Source: an uncultured Acidobacteriota bacterium
GTDB taxonomy: Bacteria; Acidobacteriota; Terriglobia; UBA7540
Assembly: GCA_963770415.1 (NCBI GenBank)
Contig: CAVYPU010000005.1
Location: 1,596-65,595, forward strand
Direction of reading: 5' to 3'
Length of the DNA stretch: 64,000 nt
The notes beneath the pieces were generated by a model that was not told the origin of the DNA, ran no database searches, and saw nothing but the letters and a program-made list of their open reading frames with translations. Shown in pieces: positions 1 through 11,600 of this stretch; the stretch's first letter is position 1, and the number at the start of each line of letters is the position of its first letter. The translations under genes and the position numbers were made by a program.

Positions 1-49
1 CAACCCTCATAGGAATTGCCTACTGTGCATCGAAGGAAGGCACCGGATC

Positions 50-1150
50 TTACGACTTTGCCAGGATGCGCGCCTTGGCGCCGTGGGGAGCGACTCTCAG
101 GTACTGAACGGGCCAAGGGACGGCATACCCGAGCTCGCGTGCTGCCCGCAATGGCCAGTAGGGATCACGCAGAAACTCTCGCGCCATGATAGCAACGTCG
201 GCCTGGCCGGTGCGGATGATATGGTCGGCCTGCGCCGGGGCCGTGATCATCCCCACCGCACCCGTCAGGATTTTCGCTTCGCGCCGAATTGCTTCGGCGA
301 AGGGTGTCTGGTATCCAGGCCCCACGGGAATCCGGGCAGGCGGCACATTCCCTCCGGAGGAGCAATCGACCAGGTCCACACCGGAATCCTTCAGGCGCTT
401 GGCCAGCGCCACGGAATCGTCGAGGGTCCACCCGCCCTCCTCCCAATCGGTCGCCGAAATGCGCACGAACAAAGGCGCACTTTCCGGCCACGTTCCGCGA
501 ACTGCGCGGGCCACCTCGATCAGCAAGCGCATGCGGTTCTCGAGCGATCCGCCGTACTCATCGGTGCGGCGGTTGGCAAGCGGTGAAAGAAACTCCGAAA
601 GCAGATACCCGTGGGCGGCGTGGATCTCGATCACCCGGAATCCTGCCTCGCGGGCGCGGCGGGCGGCGGCTACGAATGCCGCGACAACGGCTTGAATTCC
701 CTCCAGCGTCAGGGCTTGCGGCTGCACATAGTTTGGGGCAAAGGGAATCGCGCTGGGAGCTACGACATTCGTCCAGCCGCCCGACCCCTCCGGGACGGCG
801 CCGTCCCCGTCCCAAGGCCGATAGGTGCTCGCCTTCCGGCCGGCATGCGCCAACTGCATGGCGGCCACACTGCCCTGGGAATGAATGAACCGGGTGATGT
901 GGGCCAGGAACTCGACATGGTCATCGCTCCAGATTCCCAGATCTTGCGGACTGATCCGCCCTTCCGGCGTGACGGCGGCAGCTTCCGTCATCACCAAGCC
1001 GGCGCCACCCACGGCACGGCTTCCCAGGTGAACCAAGTGCCAGTCATTGGCAAACCCGCCGGTGCTGGAATACTCGCACATCGGCGAAACCACGATGCGG
1101 TTGGGAAGAGTCACGTCCCGGATCGAGAGCGGATCGAACAGATTGGGCAT
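50..1150 (-). CDS. NADH:flavin oxidoreductase, Old Yellow Enzyme (YqjM/NamA-like) family
   Basis: 366-aa ORF with OYE hallmarks: 'LFDPLSIRDVTLPNRIVVSPMCEYSS', 'WHLVHLGSRAVGGAGLVMTEA' and 'IEIHAAHGYLLSEFLSPLANRRTDEYGGSLENR'. Overlapping antisense ORFs are R/G/P-rich noise. Confidence 0.9.
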   Translation of the reverse strand: MPNLFDPLSIRDVTLPNRIVVSPMCEYSSTGGFANDWHLVHLGSRAVGGAGLVMTEAAAVTPEGRISPQDLGIWSDDHVEFLAHITRFIHSQGSVAAMQLAHAGRKASTYRPWDGDGAVPEGSGGWTNVVAPSAIPFAPNYVQPQALTLEGIQAVVAAFVAAARRAREAGFRVIEIHAAHGYLLSEFLSPLANRRTDEYGGSLENRMRLLIEVARAVRGTWPESAPLFVRISATDWEEGGWTLDDSVALAKRLKDSGVDLVDCSSGGNVPPARIPVGPGYQTPFAEAIRREAKILTGAVGMITAPAQADHIIRTGQADVAIMAREFLRDPYWPLRAARELGYAVPWPVQYLRVAPHGAKARILAKS

Positions 1151-1245
1151 AAGCTTGGCTCCTTGTGGGTCGTTATGCGGTCGAACAGGCGTCGTTCCAG
1201 CCAGACCGCAGACTTTTGGATTCCGGTGTTCCTGCCGTGCGCCGA

Positions 1246-1775
1246 TTATCGCATTCTCGACTTCAGCTTGATCATCTCGCCATCCACAGCAAACCTGCCG
1301 TATCCATGATGGTGGATGGTCTTCGGGTTCTTTTGGGCAGGGTCAATCCATGCCTTGAGCACTTCCAGGACGAACATGCAGTACTTGTTGATGAAACGAG
1401 TATCGGCCACCCTGCATTCGAGGTTTGCGAAGCACTCGGCCACCAGAGGCGGGGCCACAAGCCGGCCGGCACGGGGGTCAGGCTGAATCTCTTGAACTTG
1501 TCCACGGTCCGGCCCGAGCAGTTGCCGACCTGCACGACCTTGGGCGCCAGTTCCAGCGCCGGGATGGCGATCACGCACTCTTTCGTCGCCCGCAATGCGG
1601 CAAAGCTGTGGCTCCTGTTGCTGACGACACAGGCAACCAGCGGCGGTTCAAACTCCATCATCATATGCCAGGATAGAGTCATGACGTTGGCTCGGCCCCC
1701 GCGGGCAGTTGTCAGCATGACAACAGGGCCCGGTTCGAGCAACTGATAGGCTTTCGACAGAGTGAGATTCTTCAT
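1246..1775 (-). pseudogene. flavin reductase (FMN-binding split-barrel) family gene with one frameshift
   Basis: The N-terminal part lies in ORF 1272..1775 ('LLEPGPVVMLTTARGGRANVMTLSWHMMMEFEPPLVACVVS...DKFKRFSLTPVPAG'). The C-terminal part continues in the frame of ORF 1246..1578 ('LVAPPLVAECFANLECRVADTRFINKYCMFVLEVLKAWIDP'). The two frames meet in the run ccggccggc at about 1465-1480. Confidence 0.8.
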
Positions 1776-2107
1776 TATAGTCCCTCAGCCACGGCCGCCT
1801 TCACCTCAATCATCGCGGCAAGTTTTGGCCATTGATTTGGCCGAAAGGCTCATAATCGTTCAGAGGATTCGATTCCGCCAGGCACTCAGGGTTGCGCTTC
1901 GAGCCCCGGTGGCTTCCAGCGTGAAGGCGACGGAGATCGTGCATTTGGACTTTGCCGACGCGCCTCCTCCGCGAGGGTTCGGGGGGGAAGCAAAATCGCC
2001 GCGGTGTTTACCGGCGAATCTGCTAGGGCAATCCAACGTTCGGGCAAGCGCCGGCATGTTCAGCTTTGACTTCCAGGGTCGCGCACCAGACTCCTCGCCC
2101 CGCAACG

Positions 2108-3799
2108 TTAGAGGTTCAGGATCAGCCACATGATAAAGACGATCCCCATGACCAAAGCGCCACCCATCACCAAACCCTTCAAGTCGTCGCGATAAGCCCG
2201 GAAAAAGCCGACGCCATGCGTCCCACGCCGTGGATGCAACAGGTTGACGAAGAGCAACTGGCGGCCCGTTTCAGCAGCTCGACGGCCCACCTCTGCCAGT
2301 TCCGCGGGGTTATTTCCTTCAACCTTCGCGGTACCTGGATCAGAGGGGATTTGCAGGTTGGCGAAAAACTCATCGACTTGAGGCCCTCGCTCGGCGGGTG
2401 TAAGCAGGCTCAACACGACGAGCGTCGCAATGCCTGCGAGGAGCGCAGCGAGGAAGATATTCGGGTCCCAGTAGTCCAGCCGTTCATTCCTCAAGTGGTA
2501 CAGGAAGAAGTTGACAGCCAGGGCCACGATCACGCTGCCGGCGGCGCCCCAGCGATTGGCCCTCCGCCAGATGATGCCGGCCACAAGGCTGATGCCCATG
2601 TAGGTGGCGATCGTCTCCATGAGCAGGAAAGAATAGAGGACCTTCTGGATGAAGAAGACTGCGTAGGCCACGGCAATCAGCACAGCGGCCAGCCCGCTGA
2701 AGCGCCCCACCCAGAGGTAGTGACGGTCGGACTTGCTGGGAGCGAGCCGCGGCCGGTAAAGCCCTTGGGTGAAGAGCGCCCCGCTATCGATCATCAAAGC
2801 GGAACAACATGCCAGAGTGGCCCCCATGACGCTCGCGAAGAGCAGGCCGCGAAAGCCGCTGGTCAAGAGATGTCGGCAGGCAAAGCCAAAGGCTTCCTCG
2901 GGATCCGCGAGCGCCGTCGTACCGAACAGGGCCCGCGCGACCATCCCTGCCACCATCAGCCCGACGACAGCCCAGCCGATCGTGCACAGCCGCTTGATGA
3001 CCATGCCGTGCAGGAATCCCACTCTGCAGGTGTACTCGTCCTTTCCCGTGCCCACCGCGGCAATCATGTGCGGCTGCGCCATGACGCCGATAAGACCGTT
3101 CACGGTCAGCATGGCGATAAACCATGGACCGACCTCCCGCGGCGTGGACATCGAGAAGAAATGGGCGGGCAGCGTTTGCCTCATCCCACTCATCCCGCCC
3201 ACCAGGCCCCATCCCAGGGGAACCAGCAAGACGGAGAGGATGATGACCAGCAGCCCTTGAATGGAGCTGCTCCAGGCCGAGGCCACGAGCCCGCCCGTGA
3301 AGCTGTAGAGGATAAAGACTACCGCCAGACCTACCACCGCGTCATTGACGCTCAGGCGGCCCCCCAGCACCTCGCTCAGGATTTTCGCGCCTCCCTTCAA
3401 GACGCTGCCGAGGGCAATGACAAAGAAGATGAAGGCATACAATACGCACAGCACGCTCATCCCGACCCCGTACCGATCCTCCATCACCTCAGCCAAGGTG
3501 GTGCGCCGGACGCGGCGAAACAATGGGGCCATGAGCCAGTAGAAGGGCATGGCGAAGAGATTCTTCCACTGATACCAGATCGCCGAAATCCCCATGCTGT
3601 AGACGGCCCCCGACAGGCTTACCGGCATTTCCGCGTGCGTGCTCACCCCGAAACTCTGCGTCACCATGAGCACCTTGCCGAAACGCCGCCCTCCCAAAAA
3701 ATACTGACCCGTGGTCTTTACCCGGAGGGTGGCCGCAATGCCCACTACAGCCAGCACAGCAAGGTAGACGCCTACGATTAACCAATCCAGGATTCCCAT
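2108..3799 (-). CDS. sodium:solute symporter (SSS) family transporter
   Basis: 563-aa ORF, hydrophobic throughout, with an SSS-type N-terminus 'MGILDWLIVGVYLAVLAVVGIAATLRVKTTGQYFLGGRRFG'. It is the last gene of the minus-strand cluster 7197->2108. Confidence 0.88.
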   Translation of the reverse strand: MGILDWLIVGVYLAVLAVVGIAATLRVKTTGQYFLGGRRFGKVLMVTQSFGVSTHAEMPVSLSGAVYSMGISAIWYQWKNLFAMPFYWLMAPLFRRVRRTTLAEVMEDRYGVGMSVLCVLYAFIFFVIALGSVLKGGAKILSEVLGGRLSVNDAVVGLAVVFILYSFTGGLVASAWSSSIQGLLVIILSVLLVPLGWGLVGGMSGMRQTLPAHFFSMSTPREVGPWFIAMLTVNGLIGVMAQPHMIAAVGTGKDEYTCRVGFLHGMVIKRLCTIGWAVVGLMVAGMVARALFGTTALADPEEAFGFACRHLLTSGFRGLLFASVMGATLACCSALMIDSGALFTQGLYRPRLAPSKSDRHYLWVGRFSGLAAVLIAVAYAVFFIQKVLYSFLLMETIATYMGISLVAGIIWRRANRWGAAGSVIVALAVNFFLYHLRNERLDYWDPNIFLAALLAGIATLVVLSLLTPAERGPQVDEFFANLQIPSDPGTAKVEGNNPAELAEVGRRAAETGRQLLFVNLLHPRRGTHGVGFFRAYRDDLKGLVMGGALVMGIVFIMWLILNL

Positions 3800-3826
3800 T
3801 TGCCTTTAGGTCTCCCCCCTGGCCCT

Positions 3827-5065
3827 TTAACGAATCTCTTCAATGTTCTCGACGACTCTTCGAATTGTTGCGGCCATGGCAAGTATGTCGTCTTCCTCTG
3901 CAAGCAGAGCGTTGTGCCAAACCCATACCGCGTCTTGACAGACCTGCTCGCAGACCGGGCAGCACACCTTGGAATAGTCCATACCTTTGCCCGCAAACGG
4001 CCGCTTGATGGGGTGACGGGCACCGCCTTGACTGGCGTTTTGGAAAAGCCCGTTACTATAGATGGGTTTACTGTAGCCGCGATAGGCAAGAACGCCCTCC
4101 GCTGCGAGAGCTTCGATGAAACGTGAGACGGAGACGCCGAGCTTCCCCGTATCCACGCGAAAGATGTAAATGTGGTAGCTGCGCCGCGTCATGCGCGGAT
4201 CATTCTTGAGCGGGCAGATTCCGGGCACGCCACGAAGCTCACGGTCCAGAAGCGCGGCATTCGCTTGACGCTTGAGCGTCTGCTTTTCGAGCCGGCTGAG
4301 TTGGGAAAGGAGTAAGGCCCCTTGAAAATCCGTCATGCGTAAATTGCATCCCAGGTACTCGTGGTCATACCACTGCGAACCTCTGAGACGCCCGACATTC
4401 GTGTAGCTGCGGCAAAGCTCGGCCAGCTCTTCGTTGTCACTGAGGATGATGCCGCCTTCGGCGCTGCTGATATTCTTGGTGGCTTGAAAACTAAAGACCC
4501 CGCATTCTCCGAGTGCGCCCGCTCCTTTGCCTTTCCACTGGCTGCCCCACGCATGGCAGGCGTCTTCCAGAACGAACAGGTTGTTTCTCCTCGCGATGTC
4601 CGCAAGCCGATCCATATCCGCGACGTGTCCCGCAAAATGAACGGGCACGATGCCTTTGGTGCGCGAGGAGATTTTGCGCTCCACCTCTGCGGGGTCGAGA
4701 CAAAGCGTGTTGGGTAGGATATCCGCAAAAACGGGCACGCCACCCAAGCTGGCAACGGCATTGGCTGTGGCAATGAAGGTGTAAGGCGGAACGATAATTT
4801 CGTCCCCTTCACCCACACCCAAGGCCATGAGAGCCGTCTGCAAGGCCGTGGTTCCACTGTTGCACGTGACCCCGAACTTGGCGCCTTGAAATGCCGCGAA
4901 GGCATCCTCAAACTGCCGCACTTTCTCGCCATACCACCACTTGCCCGATTCGAGTACCTCGTTGAGCGCCTTCCGTTCGGTGTCATCCCACACGGGCCAG
5001 GCCGGCCATTTCCGGTTGCAGGCGGGCTGTCCTCCCGCCAGTGCCAATTTGCTCTTGTTCGTCAT
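3827..5065 (-). CDS. DegT/DnrJ/EryC1/StrS-family PLP aminotransferase (glutamine--scyllo-inositol transaminase-like)
   Basis: Motifs 'NSGTTALQTALMALGVGEGDEIIVPPYTFIATANAV', 'IVPVHFAGHVADMD' and 'FSFQATKNISSAEGG' (PLP-lysine region). I placed the start at ATG 5065 ('MTNKSKLALAGG'), not at the ORF-track start 5131. Confidence 0.9.
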   Translation of the reverse strand: MTNKSKLALAGGQPACNRKWPAWPVWDDTERKALNEVLESGKWWYGEKVRQFEDAFAAFQGAKFGVTCNSGTTALQTALMALGVGEGDEIIVPPYTFIATANAVASLGGVPVFADILPNTLCLDPAEVERKISSRTKGIVPVHFAGHVADMDRLADIARRNNLFVLEDACHAWGSQWKGKGAGALGECGVFSFQATKNISSAEGGIILSDNEELAELCRSYTNVGRLRGSQWYDHEYLGCNLRMTDFQGALLLSQLSRLEKQTLKRQANAALLDRELRGVPGICPLKNDPRMTRRSYHIYIFRVDTGKLGVSVSRFIEALAAEGVLAYRGYSKPIYSNGLFQNASQGGARHPIKRPFAGKGMDYSKVCCPVCEQVCQDAVWVWHNALLAEEDDILAMAATIRRVVENIEEIR

Positions 5066-5143
5066 GACCACCAGAGTTGCTCCTTGTATATTTGCGCAAG
5101 AAACGCATCGGTTCGTAGTGAAGGTCTGCACCTTTTATGCGTT

Positions 5144-6211
5144 TCAGGCGAGCGTCACTTCTTTCCCTTCACGCGCGGAACGGTAAATGGCGCCGATCAC
5201 TTCCAACGATCTGCGGCCTTCTATTCCGTTAACCTCGGGCTCGATGCCCTCGCGCACCGCATGCACCATGTTCTCGATGACGGCCCGGTGCAGACAGTAA
5301 GGATTATCGGGTTCTCCCCGCTCCTCAAAATCCTTCAAGTCGATGCTCTGCTTGCTATCCATGACGTCCCAGCGGGTGATCCTCGGCGGCAGCCCCTCAA
5401 GGATTACCGACCCTTTCTCGCCATGCAGGTCGATGCGGTCCCCGAAGTCCGGGTAGGCGCAAGTGGTGGCTTCGATCGTTCCCAGACCCCCGTCGGCAAA
5501 CCGAATGATAGCGACAGCCACATCCTCGACTTCCGCCGACGGATGGCCCAGCGTGCCCATTCTGGCCGAGACCGAGCGCGGGGTGCCCATCAAGGACAGG
5601 TAGGAATCGATGATATGGATCCCCTGGTTCATACAAGCCCCCCCGCCATCCATCCCCCACGTCCCCCGCCAACTGCTCTTGTTGTAGTAACCCTGGCCAC
5701 GGTATCGCCGGCACAGGGCATTGCTCAATAGGATCTTTCCGAACATCCCTTTCCTGATTGCCGCCTTGACCGCTTGCAAACCACGTCCAAACCGAAAGGG
5801 AAAGACCACCTGCAATTTCACTCCTGCCTCGTGGCACGCGTGCGTGATGGCATCGGCCCGCTCGAGGGTCACCTCCATGGGCTTTTCAACGATCACGTGC
5901 TTCCCGGCCTTCGCAGCGGCCATGGCGATCTCGCCGTGCGTTCCGCTTGGAGTGCATACGTTTACCACATCAACGTCCCGGCGGGCAATCAGGTCGGAGT
6001 ATTTGAGGCAAACGTCCTTGATCCCGAATTTTTTCGCCAGAGCCTGCGCGTTGCGCTCATTCGTGTCGCAAACGGCCACGAGTTCAGCCCCGGGAATCTC
6101 CCCGATGTATCGCGCGTGCCATTCGCCGATGCCGTTGTACTGGTCGGTTCCGCTGAGCGAAGCACCCACTTCCCCGCAGCCGATAATGCCGAATCGAACG
6201 CCCTCACCCAT
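5144..6211 (-). CDS. Gfo/Idh/MocA family NAD(P)-dependent oxidoreductase
   Basis: Rossmann N-terminus 'VRFGIIGCGEVG' and the family 'HVIVEKPME' motif. ATG 6211 is preceded by AGGAG. The 34 codons upstream in ORF 5144..6313 overlap the true 3' end of the upstream ADH gene read in another frame. Confidence 0.9.
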   Translation of the reverse strand: MGEGVRFGIIGCGEVGASLSGTDQYNGIGEWHARYIGEIPGAELVAVCDTNERNAQALAKKFGIKDVCLKYSDLIARRDVDVVNVCTPSGTHGEIAMAAAKAGKHVIVEKPMEVTLERADAITHACHEAGVKLQVVFPFRFGRGLQAVKAAIRKGMFGKILLSNALCRRYRGQGYYNKSSWRGTWGMDGGGACMNQGIHIIDSYLSLMGTPRSVSARMGTLGHPSAEVEDVAVAIIRFADGGLGTIEATTCAYPDFGDRIDLHGEKGSVILEGLPPRITRWDVMDSKQSIDLKDFEERGEPDNPYCLHRAVIENMVHAVREGIEPEVNGIEGRRSLEVIGAIYRSAREGKEVTLA

Positions 6212-6227
6212 GTTTCGTCCGCTCCTG

Positions 6228-7197
6228 TCAGGGTTCCAAAACGACTCGCAGCCATTCCTGGTTGTAGTTCTCCAGGATCTTCTGCAGATTCTCGAGCCGG
6301 TCTCGGTGGTCAATCAGGCTCTTCACCTCGATTTCGTTCCGGTGGAGAATCTGGGCCGCCCGGCCGCCAGTTATCTTTGCATTTGACGCCGTTCATAGGG
6401 AACTCCACCGTGGCCCCTCGGATACGCAGTTGAGTGTAATTCAGCGTCACTTTCTGGCGATAGGCGCCCATCATCACCAGAGCGCCCCCCCGACCTAGCA
6501 GCCGGCACGCCATATCCACCACTTGATCCGAACCGGAGCATTCGATGATCGCCCGAATGTCGCCATCCAACTCCCTGATCTGCTTCTCACAGTCGGGCGG
6601 TCGAGCGTCAACTGCTCGGGCCCCGAAACTTCGCGCCAGCTCGAGCCGGCGGGGTTTGATGTCCGTGGCGATCACGTTGACATGCTGGTCCCGAAGTAAT
6701 TGCGTAACGAGCAGCCCGATGAATCCCTGCCCCACCACCAATACCGTATCCCCGCTCGAAACATGGGCATGGTGGATGTGATTCAGCGCAACCGTCACCG
6801 GATCGGCAAAACAGACCACCTCCGGATACCCGCCGTTCACCAGAATGGGCCCGTCGGCCACGGCGTACTCGGCAAAGCACTTCATCTCCAGGTCGTGCGA
6901 GCCAAGAAGATTCAACCGGCACACCAGGTCACCCTCTTTGATTCCCTTTACATCCTGCCCGGCCTCCACCACCACGCCGCTTGCTTCATGGCCGTGCGAG
7001 CCCGGTGTAAATTGATCCCAGGTGTAGAGGTCGTTGAAGAAATGGTGGCCCTCCCACATCCCTTTGTCGGACCCGCAGATGCCGACCTTGAGGATCTTCA
7101 CCAAGACCTGATCTCGCCCAATCTGAGGGATATCTACGTCCACGATTTCGAACCGTCTCAACCCTTTCAACCAGGCGGCCTTCATTTTGCCTTGCAT
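6228..7197 (-). pseudogene. zinc-dependent medium-chain alcohol/polyol dehydrogenase with one frameshift near the 3' end
   Basis: Motifs 'VGICGSDKGMWEGHH', 'GHEASGVVVEAG' and 'VLVVGQGFIGLLV'. ORF 6310..7218 ends in the implausible 'NWRPGGPDSPPERNRGEEPD'. Shifting by one base within ggccgcccggccgcc (6351-6372) reads 'RAAQILHRNEIEVKSLIDHRDRLENLQKILENYNQEWLRVVLEP*' and stops at 6228, 16 nt before the next gene's ATG. ATG 7197 is preceded by GGGAGGG. Confidence 0.8.
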
Positions 7198-7568
7198 GGC
7201 GAATTCCCTCCCAACCACCGCGTATTAGACTCCCGCCGTCGTGCGGCGACTCTTCCCGACGACTTGTTTCTACGGAACTTTAGGCCCGTGCCATCGCGTC
7301 TTCAATCGAGAACGATCATCGTGGCGGGTGTTGCCTGAAAAGGCGCCGGCGCTATCGTCTGCACCCCACCCGTGGTCGGGAATATGCAATAGACCCATGC
7401 ACCACGCTTAGGCAAGTCTCGAGTCCACGTTCACGTCATTTGTAAAGGCGGGCCGCACGGGCGGGACATAAAATAGCACAAACCTTAATGACCCGGGAAA
7501 CTATCGGGTTATTACACTCCCGCTCTTGGGAGCCCGATCAAACGCCACGGCCCTCCTGGCTCGGGCGG

Positions 7569-8547
7569 CTATTCCAAGGGTACGGCATGTTGCTTGATGT
7601 AGTCTTCTGAAATCACCGGAGGCTCCGGCCCAATGTAGTGGAATGCCTCTGCATACTGAAGTCCGTATCGCCCGCCGATCTCGCGATCTTGGGCAAGCAC
7701 AAATTCTCGGATGTACTCACGGTCTGCCGTTTCGTCATCGTTGCCCAGAATTGGGAGTCGCAGCTTTCGGGCGGCCAGGCTGGCTCGAAGTTGGGAACCG
7801 GCTTCTCCCGCAATCCCCTGCGCCTTATTCAAACGGTTAATCGCCACTTTCTTATCCATGAACGGACCAATATCAACAATGCGATTCACCAGTTGCGGGC
7901 CCCTTGCAAAATAGTATTTCTCACTCACAAAATGCGGCTCCAGGCCCGCTTCAAAATGTTCCGGATAGTCCTTAACCGTCTCGGCCATCCAACAAGCCGC
8001 TTCTACCGCTTTCGCAGTCACGTAGTGATCAGGATTCTCCTCATAATGGCCCCACGGGTCATAGCAAATGACCGTGTTGACTTTCAGCAGCCGAAAAAGA
8101 AAGATCAAACGACCCCGTAACTCTACCGGCATCATCTGATCCATTCGGTGGTTGCTATAGCTCAGGTCAAATGCCTTCTTAAGGCCCAAGGCCTTGGCAA
8201 TCGCCTGGTTATCTCGCTCGTTCCCCAGCACGCGTTCGCCCACCGTGCCCCTGCCGCTCATGTCGTCGCTGGTAGTACGGATCAGGTAGCCGGTGTAGCC
8301 CTCGTCGAGAAGTTTGAGGATCGTGCCCACGGCGTAAAAAGGGAGATCGTCGGCATGCGGTTGGATGGCCGCGAGCACCTTGCCGGCATGGCGGCCGGGC
8401 GAGGGCCCGCTCGATATGTACCTTGTCCACGGTAAGGGCCGTGGGGCCTTCCGGGGGGCCCTGGTGCGCTGCTTCCATGCGACCGGAGCGGCCCCTCCCA
8501 ACTGCCGCCCCGGCCATAATGCTTCCCACGAATTCTCGTCTTTCCAT
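7569..8547 (-). pseudogene. PIG-L/LmbE-family deacetylase with a Tat signal; frameshift inside the signal peptide
   Basis: The body is 'GKVLAAIQPHADDLPFYAVGTILKLLDEGYTGYLIRTTSDD...YDPWGHYEENPDHYVTAKA'. AGGAG plus ATG at 8547 opens 'MERREFVGSIMAGAAVG' (twin-arginine motif) in a different frame. The frames meet in the G-run at 8487-8502, giving a plausible h-region 'SIMAGAAVGGAAPVAW'. Confidence 0.7.
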
Positions 8548-8601
8548 AGGGTGTGCTCCTCTTCCCGCTCTCCGATCTGCCGGCATCAAGGTCAAGCAAA
8601 G

Positions 8602-11600
8602 CTAGAAAGAGTATTTCAAGGCTAATTGAATGATGTGGGGAGTCCACAAGTTCAACTCGCCCAGCCCATTCAGCGGCACCAGGGAGCTGAACAGGCAGTT
8701 CCCGCTGGCTCCGGAAGTGCAGTTCGAAGGGCTGTTCGTCATGCGGCTGTAAGGAAAGACATTTCCCGTGTGCCAACTGGAGAGGAAATTGAAGATTTCC
8801 ACACGGAACTGGAGCGTACGCTGCTCGCCGAACAAGTGCGTGTCTTTTGTGAAGGCAATGTCGGCTTGCCTTTCGCCCGGCGCGCGCAGTGTGTCTCGAC
8901 CCACGTTGCCGTAGGTGCCCGGCGGCGGAGTCGTAAACACATTCGGGTTGAACCATTCGAGAACGCTCTTGCTGAAGTTCTTCGTCGGATCGCCATTGAC
9001 GTCCGCTCGGAGCCGCTGCTGGTACTTGTCGCCGAATTGATCGACGCCTCGATTGCAGCAGAAGACGGTGAAGGGCAAACCCGTGGCAAAGGTGAGGATC
9101 CCGCTGTGGCTCCAGCCTCCCAGCACATAGTTCGCGGGTCCGAGCGACCAGCGCCGCCCTTTCCCTACCGGCAAGGCATAGGAATAGCTGAAAACCAGGC
9201 GTTGGGCCTGATCAAGTTGAGAGAGACCATAATCGCCGTAAAGGTGATGCGGATCTTGGGGATGGTTGAAATCGCCGCTGAAATTCTCCATCTCCGATCC
9301 CTGGTCCAGGGTCTTGGACCATGTGTAGTTAATCATGAATTGAAAACCCTGCGCGAAGCGCTTGTTGAGCCTGGCCTGCAAGGCCTGGTAGCTGGAATCG
9401 AAGAAGTAATAGTCGGCGTCGCTGTGGGCTCCAACGTTCTTGTAAGGCACCCGCGCCATAATCGGCACGAAATTCGGGTCGCTCAGGCAGGGGTCTCCGG
9501 CGGGCACCAGGGAGATATCCTGGTAGTAGTTGCACGGATCGCCCGCCACCGGGGGAGGCGCAGCCTCGTTGTAACTTTGCGAATACGGCTCGTGCAGTCC
9601 TCGCGCTCCCACGTAACCGAGGTCCAGCAACAGGCTGGGTGAAAAGGCAAACTGGGTATCCAGAGACCATTGCTCCGAATACGGTGGCTTGTTTTCAGGC
9701 CAGTGGCTTACCGCACGGAAAGTCCAGGGGGATGGGAAACTGGTGTAGGGGTTGAGTGCGACGGGAGGAAGCCACAGACTTTGCAGGGCCAGCGGCGAGG
9801 TGGCTTCGAATCCCGAGGGCTGCGGATAGTTCGGATTGGCAAAGGTGGTTAAAAGTTGGTTGTCGTCATAGTAGACGCCGTCCTCGAACCGCTCCCACCG
9901 GTCGTAGAATAGGCCGTAAGCCGCCCGGACCACGAATTTGTCGGTAGGCAACGGGCGCCAAGCCAGGCCAATTCGCGGAGCGAAATTGGTCGCCTTGCCG
10001 GGAACCAGGCTGTTGGTAACACAGCACTGAAAGTAGGTCGCCTGCTGCTCGGGATTGTTGCTTCCAGGTCCGACCGTGTTGACGAAGTTCTTGTCAGCCC
10101 AGATCAATCCCATGCCGGGCGTCTTCAGATCCAGCGTGTAACCGCTATTGTTGGTGCTGTGGAACGTTCCCGGCCCGCCCGGGAATTCGTAGCGCAGCCC
10201 GAGGTTAAGGGTCAGCCGGGGGGTTACCCGGTAGTCGTCCTCGAAGAAGAAGTTCCATTCCGTGCCGCGCAGATTGAAGAGGTCCGAGCCGATGGGGCTC
10301 GGGGCAGTAGTCGAGAGGGGAGACCCGAGCAGTAAATCGGCAAACGCATTGCCCGCCGTGGGACCTGCCGTGCCGTTGCGCGCCACGGTGGGATCGGAAG
10401 CTGTGTAAGAGCCCGTAAAGTTGAGAACCCCGTCCGCCACGAAGCCATCGGCATTCCAGAGTTGCCCACGCCGAATGTCCGCGCCGAGGGTGAACGTGTG
10501 CTTGCCCTTGATCAGCTTGAGGTTGTCCCCATATTCGAAGATGTTCTCGATCTCGCTGTAGCCGTTGTTCTCGTTCCCGGGAGCGGCGTATCCGTCCGAC
10601 AGAAAAATAGTGGGGATGCCGTAATAAGCGGGAAGAAGAGTGTTATTCACGAAGCCGAGCTGGGCAGAAAGGTTAGGGCCAAAGGCCGTTGACGCGCCCT
10701 CATGGAAGTTCTCGCGGGCGTAGCCCACATGGGCCTCATTAATTGAATTTGCGCTGAACGAATGCTGCCACGATAGCCCAACTTGACGCGCGCGGGTAAA
10801 CACATTGGTGGCACTCGCAGGCAGAGGCGAGGGGTAGTCCTGGATGATGCGCGACAGGTTGAACGTGCCCGACAGCCGGTCATTGGTACTCAATTGGTGA
10901 TCCAACCGGCTGGTGACAATGTCCGTAGTCGTGGGATTGGTAACGGTGGCTACGAAATTCGCGCATGGCATCTGGCAACTGACATTGGCCGCGGGAAAAT
11001 AGGCCGCTAGTTTTTGCCCGATACCGTTCATCTCCCCGGGGAGGATGCTGTTATTCGTAAAGGGCACGCGGCCCGCCGGGTTGTCAGGAGTGGCGGGCAC
11101 TGAGCCAGACGTAACAGGATCGTAAATCAGGTCCGGCCAATCGGAAAAGTCGCCTTTGAGCTCAGCATTGGTCGGAAGCATCATGCTGGTCGGGGGCGTG
11201 CCTTCCCGCCGCCGTCCGCCTTCGTAGCTGGCAAACCAGAAGGTTCGGTCCTTGCCGTTGTACATGGGCAGCCTTACGGGTCCGCCGAGCGTGAACCCGA
11301 ACTGGTTCTGCTTGAAGGGTGTCTTGGTCGGCAGGCTGGTGCCGTTTTGCTTGTTGAGCGCCGTAGTGAGAGGATTTGTGGGATCGAAGACATCGTTTCG
11401 CAGGAAATCGTAGGCGCTGCCGTGAAGTTGGTTCGTGCCGGACTTGATCGCCACGTTGACCTGGGCTGAGGCCATTCCGTACTCGGCCGAATACATGCCA
11501 TTCATCAGCTTGAACTCCTCGATGGCATCTTCCGCAGGGATGATGATGGCCTTGTCGAAAAAGTAGTCAGTGTTGGTAACACCATCCAGCATGAAATAGA

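Noticed and set aside
2066-3781. 571-aa plus-strand ORF covering the whole symporter gene
   Set aside because: It is antisense to an ORF with clear SSS-family features. Its translation is H/D/Q/G/P/R-rich with no motifs. This is the typical stop-poor shadow frame of GC-rich DNA.
7270-7293. TGGCAC on the minus strand upstream of the ADH cluster, considered as a sigma-54 -24 element
   Set aside because: The required TTGC -12 element is absent at the correct spacing.
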